From the human T2T-CHM13v2.0 reference genome, Homo sapiens, in the NCBI RefSeq assembly GCF_009914755.1, contig NC_060940.1: DNA of 64,000 nucleotides, one strand, 5' to 3'. The notes below the pieces were generated by a model, which did not search any database, was not told the DNA's origin, and was given only the letters and a program-made list of their open reading frames with translations. Position 1 is the first letter of the stretch. Each line of letters opens with the position of its first letter. A program made the translations under genes and the position numbers. This document shows positions 28,976 to 44,370 of this stretch, in pieces.

Positions 28976-31139
28976 AAAGCAGAGAAGGCCCATAGAGAAT
29001 AGAAGAGGGGTGCTACAATTTTAAGGGGTTGTCATTTTTAATAGATAAGCATAGCGTGCCTGTTCCCAGAACTGGAATTCTGAATCATTCCGCTACCTTG
29101 TTTAAGGGAAAGACTATGGGTTCCCGAATCAGATAGGTCTATGCTTTGCATCTGATCTCTGCCTTGTATTCGCCTTGAAACCTGGGGCAATTTGCTTACT
29201 CTCTCCAAGCCTCAGATTTCCTGACTGCGAAATGAAAATATCGCTTCAGCAGGGTTGTCATAAAGATGGAGAACGATGGAGATGAAGGTGAGGCCACGTG
29301 GTCTTTTAATACATTCCTTTCCTTATCTGTACCTTGGAGGGAATAGTGACACCTACCACTTAGGTGTGCTGTGAAGAATAAATGAGATAAACTATATTAC
29401 CACAAATAAAAAAGAATTTATAGGTGGCCCCAAGGGCCTACCTGAGTTTGGCATCCATTAATTTTTGTGGCCAAATATCAAGAGTTGTATGACCTTAAGC
29501 AAGATCATTTTCTCATCTGTCAAATAGCAGCAGTGGACCAGATGGCCATGATGTAAGTAAACATAACACTCTGGTATAAGCAAAGCATCAAACCTACCTG
29601 GCACAAGGTAATAAGTAATAGTAACAGCCAGTTACAAAGCCCTTTTGTATGCCCTCGGAGCTGCGCTAACACTTTGCGTGCACTGCCTTCCCTAGAGCTC
29701 AACATAACCTTAAGAGAGAGATAATGCTACTATCCCCACTTTACAGACATGCAAACGGGGTCAACGAGCTTAAGAAATTTTCCCCAAGCTCACCCAGTAA
29801 CCAAGTGGCAAAATTGGATCTGGGGACTTAGTCTTCTATCCCAGGATGATTTTCTTGTCTGAGCGGACTAGCATCATGAAGACAGATCTCAGGACATAAT
29901 AGGCACTTTTAGGCAACATCTTTTATTTTCAATGTGCCTCATCTCTTTCTTCCACAGCTGCTCACTCTGAGACACACTCGCTTGCAAGAGTCAGGAGCAC
30001 AACAGAGGTCGGGAGACTGGAACAATCTCCCAGGTAACCCAAGAATAAAAGCTCGTCAGTCTCCACAGGGCATCCTGGGATTCTGTTCAGCTCACCTGCC
30101 AGAAGAAAGAGGTGCCTACACCAAGGTGGGGGTGGGTGGCAAACTTCCCTTCCCTTTTTATTCTCATCCAGTTCTGTGGCTTCCTATGGCTTCCAAGTAC
30201 TATAACTCCCAAATGTGTACACCCAGCCACACTCTCCCTTGAGTTACAGACTCACCCAGCCAATTGCTACTTGATACTGCAACTTGCACGTATTTTAGGT
30301 ATCTCAAGTTCAACATGTCCAAAATTAAACTCCTAGTTTCCTCAATTTAAAAAAAAAAAAAATCTGTTCATAAATAAACCTTCTCTAAATTCCAAAGAGG
30401 AAATTTGGAGTTGGATTATTTTGTAAGTCGTGTCTTTCTGGCAATCTGCCATTACCCCTCCTGACTACCCAGGAGGAAAACATCACTACCCAAAAGTCGG
30501 GAGAATCACTAAGGGTTTCTAGGAGACTCCCAGGAAATCTGGGAGATGGGAGTGCTTTCCTCCCCACCTATCCATGGTGACATTTTTGCTTCCAGGACAG
30601 GGAAGGATAAAAGAACTCACTATGTGATCCACCTTCAAGTCTCATTCTTCAAAGGTAATCAGCCCTGAGCACTCTCTGGAGTAAAAAGGACCAATTTTTG
30701 TTGCAACGATGAGAGGTTTTACCTAAAGGGCCAATTAAACCATGAGCAATCATTTGCAGATAGATTTTGGAGGAGGGATTTCTGTTGTGTTTGTTTCTTT
30801 GCAAAGACCTCAATAATCACTAGAATTTAGTTCCATGAAAAGTAAAATAAGTATCAAAGAGCTTTTCTGGAAATTACCATTCTGAGGGTAAGATTCGAAG
30901 ATTTCTCTCTATGGCTTCAGGACCACTAGAAATTCTGCCCCACTCCAGAAGCCTTCTCCCCTCCGAGAGACTATGTAAATCTCTGAAAAAGACTCTAATT
31001 GGTCTTCTGGGGTCAACATTCACCCCTTGGACCCATCATTGTTGCTAAAGGACGGGGCTGTCTGATTGGCCAGTTATTTGCACATGATCGTAGTGACTGT
31101 TAGTGGAGGAAGAAAGATAGAAAAGATCTCTGGATGGAA

Positions 31140-31299
31140 TTTTTTTATTATTATTATACTTTAAGTTTTAGGGTACGTGTGCACAATGTTAGGTATATCT
31201 CCTAATGCTATCCCTCCCCCCTCCCCCCACCCCACAACAGTCCCCAGAGTGTGATGTTCCCCTTCCTGTGTCTATGTGTTCTCATTGTTCAATTCCCAC
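31140..31299 (-). mobile_element. Young primate L1 (L1PA2-4-like) 3' terminal fragment with internal deletion
   Basis: TTATTATACTTTAAGTTTTAGGGTAC..GTGCACAA|TTAGGTATATCTCCTAATGCTATCCCTCCCCC...ACAGTCCCCAGAGTGTGATGTTCCCC. Confidence 0.9.
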
Positions 31300-31559
31300 A
31301 GCTACTGGTTTCCACCCCTCTATTACTGGATTCCTTTGATGAACACCATAATGATGATGATGATGACAATTTAATGTTCATATCTCAAACATATGTCAAC
31401 ACTTTTCATGCATGATCTCATTTAGATATGACAACAATCTTATGATGTAGGGACCATTGACAGATGACAAAACCAAGGCTTAGAGAAAGTAAAATACTTA
31501 CCCAAAGTCATTCTGCTAGGAAGGAAAATTATTTGAAAACTACTGCCTTAATAGATGCA

Positions 31560-32123
31560 CTGGTTATCAATTGCTATATGGCAAATTACCCCAAAATTTA
31601 GCAGCTTCAGACAACAAACATTTGTTATCTCATGATTTCTGTGGGTCAGGAATCCAGGCATGGCTGAGCTGCGTGCCTCTGCCTCTAGGTCCCTCAGAGT
31701 CTATATAATCAAGCAGTCCAAGAGGACTGCAGTATGATCTGAAGGCTTGACTGCACGAAAATCCGTTTCTAGGCTCACTCATGGGGTAGTTGGCAGAACT
31801 CAGCTCCATATAAGCTATTGGACCACGGGCCTCAGTTTCTCACTGGCCATTCATCACAGGCCTTCCTTACTTCCTTGTCATGGGGGCTTCTCCATTTAGC
31901 AGCTTACAACTTGGCACTGGGCTTAATCACAGCAGCAGGCTAGAGAGTATGCAAGATGGAATTTACCGTCTTTTTGGAACCTTCTCTCCAAGGTGATATC
32001 CTATCACTTTTGCCTGATCCTATTGGCTAGAAGTAACTCACTAGGTTGAGTCACATTTAAGGGAAGATGACTGCACAAGGAAGTGGGAACTTTTAGCGCT
32101 ATCATAGAGGCTGCCTACTGCAG
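31560..32123 (-). mobile_element. MaLR LTR (MLT1F/G-like)
   Basis: CAAATTACCCCAAAATTTAGCAGCTT..TTTCTGTGGGTCAGGAATCCAGG...GAGGCTGCCTACTGCA. Confidence 0.78.
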
Positions 32124-32999
32124 CACTTTTCTTTTTGGATAAACAGACTGCATTCATATACAAACCATTTAGTATTGCGGAGGGGCCTTCTCCTTCAACT
32201 CTCCAAATTCATTCACTGGATTTGTTTTGCCCAAATCCTCACGGGATCACCTGATATGTTCATTTCTGAGAGTAACCACACTCCTCCTTGGCTGCATTTT
32301 TTTTTCCTCTTCACGTCTGCACCACTCCTGAAACATTTGAACCTGAGAAGCATCGTATACTGTGATGAGCTTGGGAGCAGCTAATCTCATCCCCTCATTT
32401 TGCAGATAAGAGCACTGAGGCACAGCTAAGGAAAGGAACCCTCCTGAAACCCCACAGGAAGCCAGAGGCAGGGCTGGGACTCTGAATCTCATCTGCTCCC
32501 AGTATGCAGCACATCCTAACACACCGGGATCCTTGCTGGGAAATCAATCCAAACCAGGCACTTGAGCTCTAGGGAGACTGCCAACATTTCATCAACATAC
32601 AAATGAGGGAAACATTTAGGCAGTGCTTCTCCCCTCATCCCCATCCCTTTCTTCACAGGGAGCTGACTTCATTCCCTCCTGGGAGCAGATGGACTCACTT
32701 GTTAACTGAGCAGTGAACAAGCCTTTTTGTATGAAAATCTAAGGAGCTCTTGCACTGTGTCTGATGTGGTTTCAAGGTACACAATGCCCTCTAGTCTTGA
32801 GTCAGGGTAATTCCAAGAGGAAAGATTCTGAAAACAATGGGAAATTATAAAATACACAAAATCCAACACTGGATGTAATTATTCACAATAAAGCTGCCCA
32901 ACTTGGCACTCCAAGGGTTCCAGGGACTCCCAAAATTCCATGTAAATCAGTCTATAATGTAAAACATTTTATGGAAAGGGTCTGTGGCTTTCATTGAAT

Positions 33000-33292
33000 T
33001 TTTTATTTTTTTTTGAGACAGTCTCTCTCCGTAGCCCAGGCTGGAGTGCAGTGGCACAATCTTGGCTCACTGCAACCTCTGCCTCCCAGGTTCAAGCCAT
33101 TCTTATGCCTCAGCCCCCGAGTTGCTGAGATTACAGGCGTGTGCCACCATACCCAGCTAATTTTTGTATTTTTAGTAGAGACGGGTTTTCATCATGTTAG
33201 CCAGGCTGCTCTCAAACTCTGGGCCTCAAGTGATCCTCCTGCCTCGTCCTCCCAAACTTCTGAGACTACAAACATGGACCACCAGGACCCAC
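33000..33292 (-). mobile_element. AluS
   Basis: Dimer; TSD GCTTTCATTGAATTT / GCTTTCACTGAATTT. Confidence 0.95.
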
Positions 33293-34014
33293 CAGCTTTC
33301 ACTGAATTTTAAAAGAGCAACCATAGCTATGTCACTAAACAAAAAGGTTGAGACCCCTAATTTGGACTCTCAAACTGTTTGGAACATCTTCACTGGTGTA
33401 AAAGAAATGTCCAAAATGAGCATCGGAGCATGTGCTTTTTAGATACAGAAGTACTTTGGGAGTTTAATATCATACATCTTCTCTGTTTGGCCCAACTTTC
33501 AAAGTTTTTCATTCCTTCCTATAGACTGTCATTTGGAAGCCGATATGTGTATTTCAGGATTCAATTTAATTCAATAGGTGTTTGCTAAATGCCTGTTCCA
33601 TTCTAAGTGCTGCGGGTTCAAAAATGAACCACAGTGGGCACTAGTTAATTTTTGCCATTCAATGTTCATCTCCCATTCTTTGGCAACACCATCCCAGTTT
33701 CCTCCTAAAACCACTCACTTTTCTATTCCTATTCCTGAGCCAAGGCCTCTGATCAGGCCGAGTCCCCTCAGCACCAGAGATGGAGACGTGACCAGCCATT
33801 CAGTGCATCCCATCTTCCCACCCACAGAGATGGCTTCAGGGAAGGGTCAGTCAGAGCTATTAATAAGTCTTGGAGCTGAGCTAGATGAACCCAGAAAGAG
33901 GGTCCTGCATTTACCTGCCACTGGAGTTAAATCTGAAAAGACAGAGAATAAATCTGCAGCAAAGACTGAGAAATGGAGCCAAAAGATGCACAGACAGAAT
34001 TGAGCCCTAGATGA

Positions 34015-34343
<329 letters not shown>

Positions 34344-34474
34344 CTTTATATCACTTTCAACAGAAAGAATTTTAGTGGTTACTCTGCCCTTGAGGAACAC
34401 AGAGTCCAATAAGGTAATCTGTTTATAATTCATAATAGTACACAACAAATGCCATAAGTAAATGCACACACTCA

Positions 34475-34794
<320 letters not shown>

Positions 34795-34905
34795 GTATGT
34801 ATTTATACATATATAAACATATAATTTATATATTTATAGTTATAAATTATATAATACATACAATTTATCTATAAATATATATTTGACATAAACATATATA
34901 TACAA
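34795..34905. repeat. AT-rich low-complexity (TA-like) tract
   Basis: TATA/ATAT-rich run following an Alu tail. Confidence 0.8.
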
Positions 34906-35165
34906 AGTTCAGAAGAAAATGAAGGGAATATAAAACACCACCTGTAGGGAATTTTATTGTGCCTTGATGGAATAAAAGGATTTGCGCAGGAAACAATTAA
35001 TCCAGAGGAAGGACATTTATAAGGAAAGAATAGTGGAGCCAGGACAGTGCTGGGTGTGTCTCCGCCTCTGAACAGGCTCTCACAGACGAGTCAAGAAGTC
35101 TCTTAGAAATTATGACTTTCCATATGTAACTGTCTCAGACCTCAGCTACATGGACCACAAAATAA

Positions 35166-35588
<423 letters not shown>

Positions 35589-35711
35589 TAGTCACAAAGT
35601 GAGGCAGGCATCATCACTATCTAATTCCAGAACATTTTCATTATCCTAATAAGAAGCCTGGTACCCATCATCATCACTCTCCCATTGCCCCTTTTTTCAA
35701 CACTAACCTGC

Positions 35712-36000
35712 TTTCCTTTTTTTTGAAACGGAGTCTTACTCTGTCACCCAGGCTGGAGTGTAGTGTCACTATCACCATTCACCACAGCCTCAACCTCCTA
35801 GGCTCAGGTGATTCTCTCAAGAGTAGCCGGGACTACAGGTGCGTGCCACCATGCCCAGCTAATTTTTGCATTTTTTTTTTTGTAGATACAGGGTCTCTCT
35901 ATGTTGCCAGGGCTGGTCTAGAAATCCTGGGTTCAAGCAATTTTCCTGCCTTGGCCTCCCAAAGTGCTGGGATTACAGGCGTGAGCCATGGTGCCAAGCC
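35712..36000 (-). mobile_element. AluJ
   Basis: Dimer inside L1; TSD CTAACCTGCTTTC / CTAATCTGCCTTC. Confidence 0.94.
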
Positions 36001-37124
36001 CTAATCTGCCTTCTATTTCTATGGATTTAATTCTTCTGGACATTTCTTATAAATGCAATCATATAACATATGTCTTTTTGTGTCTGGCTTCCTTCACTTA
36101 GCACATCGTATTCAAAGTTCCTCCATGCTGTGGTGTGTATCAAAACTTCATTCCTTTTTAATGGCTGAATAATATTCCTTCATGTGTACAGACCACATTG
36201 TATTTATCTATTCATCAGTTAATGGACATGGAGATTGTTTCTACCTTTTGGCTCTTATGAATAATGCTGCTACGAACACTGGTGTGCAGATTTTTCTGTG
36301 GACATACTTTCAATTCTCTTAGATATATACCTAGGGATAGAATTGCAGGGTGATATGGTAACTCTATATTTAACTTTTTGAGCAAAAGTCAGACTGTGTT
36401 CCAAAGCAGATGCACTGTTTTACATTTGTACCAGCAGTGTGGGAGGGTTCCAATTTGTCCACATCCTCCTCAACCCTTATTATTGTCTGTCTTTTTTATT
36501 ACGGCCATCCTAATGGGGGTGAAGTGGTATCTCATTGCAGTGATTTGCATTTCCCTAATAACTAACATATTTCCTTCTAATGACCAAATCATGATACTTG
36601 TGTCCCTTCTAGCCTGATTACTAGACATTAACCTTTTAAAAAGTGATCTCCAATGATTAATTTCTCCTAGTGCCTCCTGTCAGCCTGTTTGTTGCAATTA
36701 CCAAGTCAAATAATCCCATTCCCGCTCTCCTTCTGCAGATCATGCTGGTGTACACCTGCTGCTCATAAACCCACAAAGGCAGATTTTACTGTGGCTACTA
36801 CTCAATGGCCATGCAAAGAACTCCTTCTCCAGCAGCCCCCCTGGCTTGCAATCCTGCTGAGTTCAGGAGAAAAGGTACAGAATGATGTTGGATTCCATTA
36901 GGAGACAGAAAATTATGTTTTTTCCACCTCTGGGGCCAAAATCAGCCTGCACAGAGTCTGAAGATTCTTTAAAGAAATTTTCTCTAAGCTTCTGACCATC
37001 TCTCCTCTAATCAAAGGCATTCAAACCCAGCTTATAGAGCTAGGTAAGAAATGGAATGCACAGAACCAACCCATCCACCAGTGGTCTCCTGAGCCCCTTC
37101 CACAAACTCCTTCCTCTTCTAGTT

Positions 37125-37326
37125 CAATGATTCTCAGAATTATCGACATTCGGGGCCAGATTAATTCTTTTTTTGGGAGGATGTCCTGTGTATGGCGGGA
37201 TATTTAGCTGCACCCCGGTCTCTGTTTAACCACCCTCACTCATGACAACCAAAAATGTCTCCAAATACTGTCAAATGTTCCCCCAAAAAGGGAGGTTGCA
37301 AAATTGTGCCTGATTGAGAACCACTG
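37125..37326. mobile_element. MER20 (hAT-Charlie)
   Basis: Termini CAATGATTCTCA ... TGAGAACCACTG and internal TGACAACCAAAAATGTCTCCA motif. Confidence 0.85.
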
Positions 37327-38044
37327 TATTAATTTGGGGTAGGCAGAACTCCAAGAGGGACCTCGAGATCCCAGCCCCCTGAGGCAGATATTCTGTGGGT
37401 GGTGGGACCTAGGAATATAATGGGCTATCACTTCCATGATTAGGTTGCACCTTCAAGCTAGAACCATCTGGTAGCTGAGCTACTCCATCTCAACTCCAAC
37501 TCCACAACTGTGAGAGATTATAATAAAATTATTGTTGCTATTTTAAGCCACTCTATTGGAGTATTCTATTATACAGCAACTCCTTGAATAACATCATTTC
37601 ATTCAATGTCATTTCATTATAACGTTGGTGAGAAAAAGAATCCTTTCTCAGCCAGGGGCATCGTCTGTATGGAGTCTGCACCTTCTCCCCATGTCTGTTA
37701 TAGATTTTCTCTGGGAATGCCAGGTTACTCCAACATCCCAAAGATGTACACATTAGGCTCATTGGTGTGTCTGTGGGGTCCCAGTCTGAGTGGCTATAGG
37801 GGAGTATGTGAGTGCACCTGGCAATGATGGGATTGGTCCTGTCCAGGACTGCTTTCTGCCTTGAATTGTGAGCTTCCAGGAGGGGCTCCAGCCACTAGAG
37901 ACCCTGAACAGGAATGAGAAGTTTAGAAAAATGAATGAATATAAATTATTGTAAAAAATTCATAAAGTATATGATAATCATACAAATGCATGACAATAAA
38001 CGATGCAGTAAAATAGCACTCTGCAAGCCCGCCATTATTTGTAA

Positions 38045-38340
<296 letters not shown>

Positions 38341-38484
38341 TGTGATTGTTTTTTAACTGTGTGGTGGCAAGAGGTGCTCCTTTCAATTTTTCACTTTGCA
38401 AACACTTATTCCTTGATTCCTTGATTTAACCCACCAACACTACAACAGCTATCACTCACAGATTAACCAAAAATTGAATAAATA

Positions 38485-38738
38485 GGCTCATGGTGACTCA
38501 TGCCTGTAATCCCAGCACTTTGGGAGGTCAAGGTGGGCAGATCACTTGAGGCCAGTAGTTCGAGACCAGCCTGGCCAACATGGTGAAACCCCATCTCTAC
38601 TAAAAATACAAAAATTAGCCGGGTGTGGTGGTGCACGCCTGTAATCCCAGCTACTCGGGAGGAGTGAGCCAAGATCACACCACTGCACTCCAGACTGGGT
38701 GACAGTGAGACTCCATCTCAAAAAACAACCAAAAAAAA
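38485..38738 (+). mobile_element. AluS with right-arm deletion
   Basis: CTACTCGGGAGG|AGTGAGCC junction; inside MER6. Confidence 0.94.
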
Positions 38739-39356
38739 TGGATAAATAATTCTCTCACTTGTTTTTATCAATCTTTCTTAAATACATATATAGCTCACAC
38801 TTATGTCAAGATTTTAGAAGCATTCTGGGTCTTTATTTAGGAGTTTGGTGATGTTTTTGTGACCAGAAATATGCTGCAGTAATTTAACTCTTGTTTCTAT
38901 CAATTAGCCTATGGTAAAAATTGGTTTCTTCTTATGTCATTTCACTTGAGGTTGCTGTTTACAAGAACCTATCTATGACATTAAGTGAGGAGTTACCGTT
39001 TAGTAACAGATAACAGAAACAGACTTTGGTCTCTGGAAGTGGGAGGCTGCCATAACAAAACCTAAACTGCAGTCATGGCTTTGAGATGGGGGTGTGTACA
39101 CATTACAAAGGCTTTGAGAAATCTGTTAGCAGAGGCTTGATGGCCCTGGAGGAGGCTGTTGGTGAGGGCTTAGTAAAGTCAGAAAAATGTCATGATCCTT
39201 GGTATGTAATTATGAAAGGTTTAGCACCACTGTCACCTGTGCTGAAGTGGAAAATAGAAAATATACAGAATTAACTGATTAATTTGGATGAAGAGATTAG
39301 AATTCCAGACAGACTGTTGATACTAGTTTCTTTTCTTTTAGCAGATAAGGATGGAG

Positions 39357-39665
<309 letters not shown>

Positions 39666-41058
39666 AGATAAGCATGGAGAAACATGACTTGAAAAATGAA
39701 CTGTTTGATTTTCAACCAAATTTAAAGAAAGTGTGAAAGATCTTGGACTGATGGGTTTGAAAATAAAGTTGTTTCTCATTTCTAGCCTCTCCACATGAAA
39801 AAAAAATTTTTTTCTTACATTAAGAAATGATCTTAGAACAAAAATCAAATCCAGAGTAGAACTATGAGACCCTTTCTTCAGGCTTTAGAAAAATTTAAGG
39901 TGGTGCCTCACAGACCCTTTCAGCAAACAAAAGGCCCTCTAAGGATCTTACAGGTATGCCTCTCAGACATTCCTCACTGAACTTCATTAAACTCATAACA
40001 ATTAGGGCAACGTTTCACAGCAGCTTTCCAGGGAGCCCAAGGTAGAGAATCGCTTTTATCAACAAGATTTGTGGGTATTGATTTTAGCTAATTGAGTGAA
40101 CCCAAATAAGATTCACTAAAAATCTTCAAAGTTGTTAAGAAAATTATGTTGGCAAAAACATCACCAGCTTCGTAGTTGAAGCTGGTGATGTTCTGCCAGC
40201 CTATTTTTCTGGACAGAGCTCACACAAAGCAAAAGGAAGTCTTTAGACATTCCCTCCAAAAAGTACTATGGATAGGAATCAGACTGGAAAAAAAAAAAAC
40301 TATTTGGCTGCAAACACCAGCTGTTTTATAGAGAAGGAAGGATAATTCAAAAGGTGAACCAGGATTCCATTGCATAGAGAATTATTCCCAGGAAATAGAG
40401 CTAAATAGTAATTAAAGAACTAGCAACATGTACTCAGCTGCATTTCAAAATGCCTATGGACCAATGAATGCTATGTGACTGCTATTTTCCCATGTTTTGA
40501 ATGCGAGTGTCTATAACGATCTGTGCCTGTCTCACCATGGTGTGTTAGTGAGACAGTCAGGAAGCTTCATTCACACCTGAACTTTGATAAGAAGATACTG
40601 GACCTCAAGCCCAAGATTGATAGCATAAAATGATATGGCATCAAGGTGCTTTAGAGGAGGGGTTGAGTGTATTTTGCAAGTGGAAGGACTGTGAATGATC
40701 ATGACCAGAAGGCAAACTACGATTGTATTTCCAAAATCCATCATCGGCAGCAATGCTTCTGGCGTCATGTGCTACTACAGAACTTTGTTAATCTCCCATC
40801 AAGAGATGGAGTCTATGCCCCCTTCTTTGAATTAAGGCCTTTGGGACCATCACAATAAATAGAATGTGACAGAGTGAGGCTGCATGACTTCTGAAGCTCG
40901 GTCGTAAAAGGAGATACAGCCCTGCACCCCTCCCTCCACCCACACTTCTTTGGAGCCCTGAGCTGCCCTATAAGAAGCCTTGCTGCCCTGGAGCCACCAT
41001 GCTGAAGAGTCCACAGGGAGATACACAAGGAAAAAGAAAGTGATTCCCAAGAAGCCTG

Positions 41059-41275
41059 CATCAGTCAGGAATCTCCAGAGGGACAGAACTCATAGGATAT
41101 ATGTATATATGAAAGGGAATTTATTAGGGAGAAGTGACTCACACAATCATAAGGCAAAGTCCCATGATAGGCTATCTGCAAGATGGGGAAGAAAGAAGCC
41201 AGTAGTGCTCAATCCGAGTCAAAAAGCCTCAAAACCAGGAAAGCCGACCATGCAGCCTTCAGCCTGTGGCCAAAG
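41059..41275 (-). mobile_element. MLT2A (ERVL) LTR fragment
   Basis: TCAGTCAGGAATCTCCAGAGGGACAGAACTCATAGGATATATGTATATATGAAAGGGAATTTATTAGGGAG...GTCCCATGATAGGC. Confidence 0.82.
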
Positions 41276-41277
41276 AT

Positions 41278-41507
41278 TGTTGTTTAAGTGGTTGTTTAGG
41301 AGTGTGTAGCACCTACCCTGCTCCCTTCCCCCTGCTCCAGACTTGTAAGATGTTCCTGCTTCCCCTTCACCATCCACTATGATTGTAAGTTTCCTGAGGC
41401 CTCCCCAGCTATGCTTCCTATACAGTCTGTATAATTAAACCTCTTTTCTTTATACATTACCCAGTATCAGGTATTTCTTTAGAGCAATGCAAGAACAGAC
41501 TAATACA
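41278..41507 (+). mobile_element. MST/THE1-type MaLR LTR, 3' half
   Basis: GATTGTAAGTTTCCTGAGGCCTCCCCAGC...AATTAAACCTCTTTTCTTTATA..TTACCCAGT..CAGGTATTTCTTTA...GAACAGACTAATACA. Confidence 0.85.
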
Positions 41508-41690
41508 GCAAGGAACTACCTCTGGACAATCCGGGAAGACTTGGTAAAGGCGATGAAATTTGAGCCTGATCTTGGAGTATGTTTTGAAGGTGAAATAAGG
41601 GGAAAATACATTGAGGACAGAAATGATACCACATGATTAAAGCACACATAAAAGAGGAAGATTTTTTCTCTGGAATTTAGATATTTTAGG

Positions 41691-41728
41691 ACACACGCAT
41701 GCACACACACACACACACACACACACAC
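41691..41728. repeat. (CA)n microsatellite abutting the Hsmar2 terminus
   Basis: Read directly from sequence. Confidence 0.95.
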
Positions 41729-41774
41729 GGGCTTCAAAAAGTTCATGTAAAAGTGGAATTAAAAGATAAAAATG

Positions 41775-42491
<717 letters not shown>

Positions 42492-42831
42492 CTAAGCAGA
42501 TATTATCATTCATTGACCCTCCAAAAAGTCAACAAGCAAAATGTCTTGAGCATCTCAAAAAAGTATTGCCTTGACCTTTGCTCTTGACCAGTCCACTTTT
42601 ACTTTGACTGGACCACTTCCACCTCTTGGTAGCCATTGCTTTGATTGTGTTTTATCTTCAGGATCATACTGATAAAGTCATGTTTCAGGTCCTGTTACAG
42701 TTCTTTGAGAAATGCTTTAGGATCTTGATCCTATTTGTTTAAAATTTTCATTGAAACCTCTTCTCTTATCTGCAACAAATCTGGACACAACAGTTTTGGC
42801 ACCCATCAAGTAGAAAGTTTGCTCAATTTTT

Positions 42832-43378
<547 letters not shown>

Positions 43379-44139
43379 TAATTTTTTCCTCGCAGATTGA
43401 TGTGGATGGTCTGCCACTGTGGGCTTCATCTTCAACATCATCTCATATCTTCTTACAACCAGTTATCCATTTGTAAACTGCTGATTTCCTGGGGGCATTG
43501 TCCCCATAAACTTTTCATGAAGCATCTCACCATTCTTCCACTCAAGTCTCAACATAAATTTGATGTTTGTTCTTGCTTCAATTATAGCAGAATTTATGTT
43601 TCTCAGGGAGGGGCTCTTTTCAAACGAATGTCTTGTCCTTCTGAGTGTCTAAAACTAGATTGACTTCAGACATACTGTAACAAGTTAAAACAAGTTTATT
43701 TTGGTGGAAAAAAGAAACAGAAATCCAAGCATAGTTTTTTCACTATGCATGGAAAATTCACATTTCCATGAACTTTCTGAAGACCCCTTATGTATATATA
43801 AAAGTTAATTGGCTGAAACACTGAGCATATCAGGACAAATGACAGGAAGCAAAGCTACAAAGGTCAGGTGGGTGCTAAGACCTATCCTACCATATAGTTA
43901 TAGTCATCAGCGTCCTGGTCAGACATAAATCAAGGCAGAGACCATTCAACTGTCATAATCTTAGAAGATTTTATTGGCTGCCTATTACCTTCCCATAAGT
44001 GTGAATCACAGACCAAACATAATTGTGAGGTTATGCAACAACTTCCTCAATTCACTCCCCTCCAATCACAATGATAACCTTAAAGGGAAACACAACTTGC
44101 TTCTTTGAACTTCACCTTTGTCCTGAGAGAAGTGAAATT

Positions 44140-44370
44140 CCCAAACTGACCGTGGCTTAAAACAACTAAATGTGTATTTTTAACACTGGAAGCACGCATG
44201 CTTCGCCTTTTTCCATGGAAAGCTTAGTAAACAGAGGTGCTATAACCGGCTCCACTGCCTGAAGGCACATTTGTTTAATCAAGGTACTCTAATACAATTA
44301 GCAGAGAACAAAGGAGAGCCATTATGCAAACAACAAACAATTCAAAGCGATCCAGACTCGGATCTCCCTC
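44140..44370. promoter_or_regulatory. Candidate enhancer (SOX/POU/TCF motif cluster)
   Basis: Repeat-free; AACAAAG (44307), ATTATGCAAA (44321), AAACAAT (44335) and TTCAAAG (44341) within about 40 bp. Motif-based only. Confidence 0.3.
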
